Of a stretch of DNA of 55,548 bases, positions 54,955-55,548 are shown piece after piece; the first letter of the stretch is position 1; each line of letters begins with the position of its first letter. The stretch is from a virus (Duplodnaviria; Caudoviricetes). Location of the stretch: positions 1 through 55,548 of IMG/VR virus record IMGVR_UViG_3300021963_000157. The stretch is one strand, 5' to 3'. The translations under genes and the position numbers were made by a program. The notes under the pieces are model-generated. The model did not search any database. It saw only the letters and a list, made by a program, of their open reading frames with translations, and was not told the origin of the DNA.

Positions 54955-55146
54955 ATGAAATCGATCGTAGCATTAACCGCGGCTCTTTTCGCAGCCACAA
55001 CAGCATTTGCTCAAGCACCCGCTAAGAAAGAAACGGACAAGGATGTAAAGACCGTAGCACCTAACGCTTCTAAACCTGCGAATGCTAAAGCAGAACCTGC
55101 TGCTCCTACTAAGAAAGAAGAAAAGAAAGACGCGGCTAAGAAGTAA
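54955..55146 (+). CDS. Small secreted Lys/Ala/Pro-rich protein (63 aa) with a Sec signal peptide
   Basis: GGAG RBS. MKSIVALTAALFAATTAFA|QAPAKK with an A-x-A cleavage site. The longer TTG-start ORF at 54805 crosses a terminator. Confidence 0.7.
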   Translation: MKSIVALTAALFAATTAFAQAPAKKETDKDVKTVAPNASKPANAKAEPAAPTKKEEKKDAAKK

Positions 55147-55154
55147 TTGATTTT

Positions 55155-55185
55155 AAGAAAGGGTTCTAATAGAACCTTTTCTTTT
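55155..55185 (+). terminator. Intrinsic terminator (possibly bidirectional)
   Basis: AAGAAAGGGTTCT-AAT-AGAACCTTTTCTTTT. Confidence 0.75.
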
Positions 55186-55210
55186 GGCGAAAAAAAATAT
55201 CGTAAACATC

Positions 55211-55239
55211 TTGTTTTTTATAAATAAATCACGCATAAT
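55211..55239 (+). promoter_or_regulatory. Overlapping sigma70-like and late promoters upstream of the SSB gene
   Basis: TTGTTT-17-CATAAT (55211-55239), with a full T4-type TATAAATA (55219-55226) inside the spacer. Confidence 0.55.
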
Positions 55240-55292
55240 ACATATATGCGTAAGGCATACATTTTAAGGCATATTAAAGGAGGCAATTTAAA

Positions 55293-55548
55293 ATGGCAAC
55301 ATTAGCAGAAATCCGTGCGAAACTTCAAGAAGCACAAGCAGGCCAAGGCGGCAAAACAGGCGGCGGCGACAACGCAATCTATCCACACTGGAACATGGCA
55401 GAAGGTAAAGAAGCTACTATTCGTTTCTTGCCCGACGGCGACTCTAATAACACTTTTTTCTGGATTGAGCGAGCAATGATTAAATTGCCGTTCGCTGGTA
55501 TCAAAGGTGATACAGGCAGTAAGGCTGTACAGGTACAAGTACCTTGTA
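55293..55548 (+). CDS. gp32: Single-stranded DNA-binding protein (T4 gp32-like), 3'-truncated; absent from the ORF track
   Basis: AAGGAGG RBS. Translates to MATLAEIRAKLQEAQAGQGGKTGGGDNAIYPHWNMAEGKEATIRFLPDGDSNNTFFWIERAMIKLPF...VQVPC, containing the gp32-type IRFLP motif. Confidence 0.8.
   Translation, partial: MATLAEIRAKLQEAQAGQGGKTGGGDNAIYPHWNMAEGKEATIRFLPDGDSNNTFFWIERAMIKLPFAGIKGDTGSKAVQVQVPC

Noticed and set aside
55302-55538. 78-aa minus-strand ORF at the window end
   Set aside because: It is antisense to the gp32-like gene, which has a strong RBS and the IRFLP motif.
1-55548. tRNA genes, CRISPR arrays, integrase/transposase, alternative genetic code
   Set aside because: Intergenic gaps are short and accounted for by promoters and terminators. 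No cloverleaf or repeat-spacer pattern was seen. The TnsA-like fold of gp4 is a normal head-completion protein, and code 11 gives full-length genes.

Overview
Gene-dense, AT-rich segment of a large tailed dsDNA phage with a contractile tail and a distantly T4-related structural core. The gene order (gp15/gp14 divergent from gp13, then dNMP kinase, sheath, tube, gp4, terminase, gp32) is more like Rak2/GAP32-type jumbo phages than T4, which is inferred from recalled gene order. About 1-35.4 kb encodes very large, repeat-rich fibre/baseplate-type proteins, small adaptor-like proteins, three tandem Cys/Gly-rich paralogues, a GT9 (heptosyltransferase-like) glycosyltransferase and a CmcH/NodU carbamoyltransferase. 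35.5-38.1 kb is a sigma70-driven nucleotide-heptose operon: split HldE (HldC + HldA), a cupin, a HAD phosphatase and HldD, with no GmhA in the window. 38-55.5 kb holds the neck, tail, head-completion, terminase, probable head-internal and SSB genes. Main observations: (1) a candidate phage pathway that makes an NDP-heptose, transfers it and carbamoylates it, located among the fibre genes; (2) a TAAATA late-promoter motif placed exactly 5 nt before the ATG of six genes that lack a properly spaced Shine-Dalgarno, suggesting leaderless late mRNAs; (3) seven KCxRD helical repeats resembling the bilin-attachment helix of phycocyanin; (4) a triplet of proteins with about 30 Cys each. No tRNA, CRISPR array, integrase, intein or reverse transcriptase was seen. 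All functional calls come from motif recognition by eye; no searches were run.
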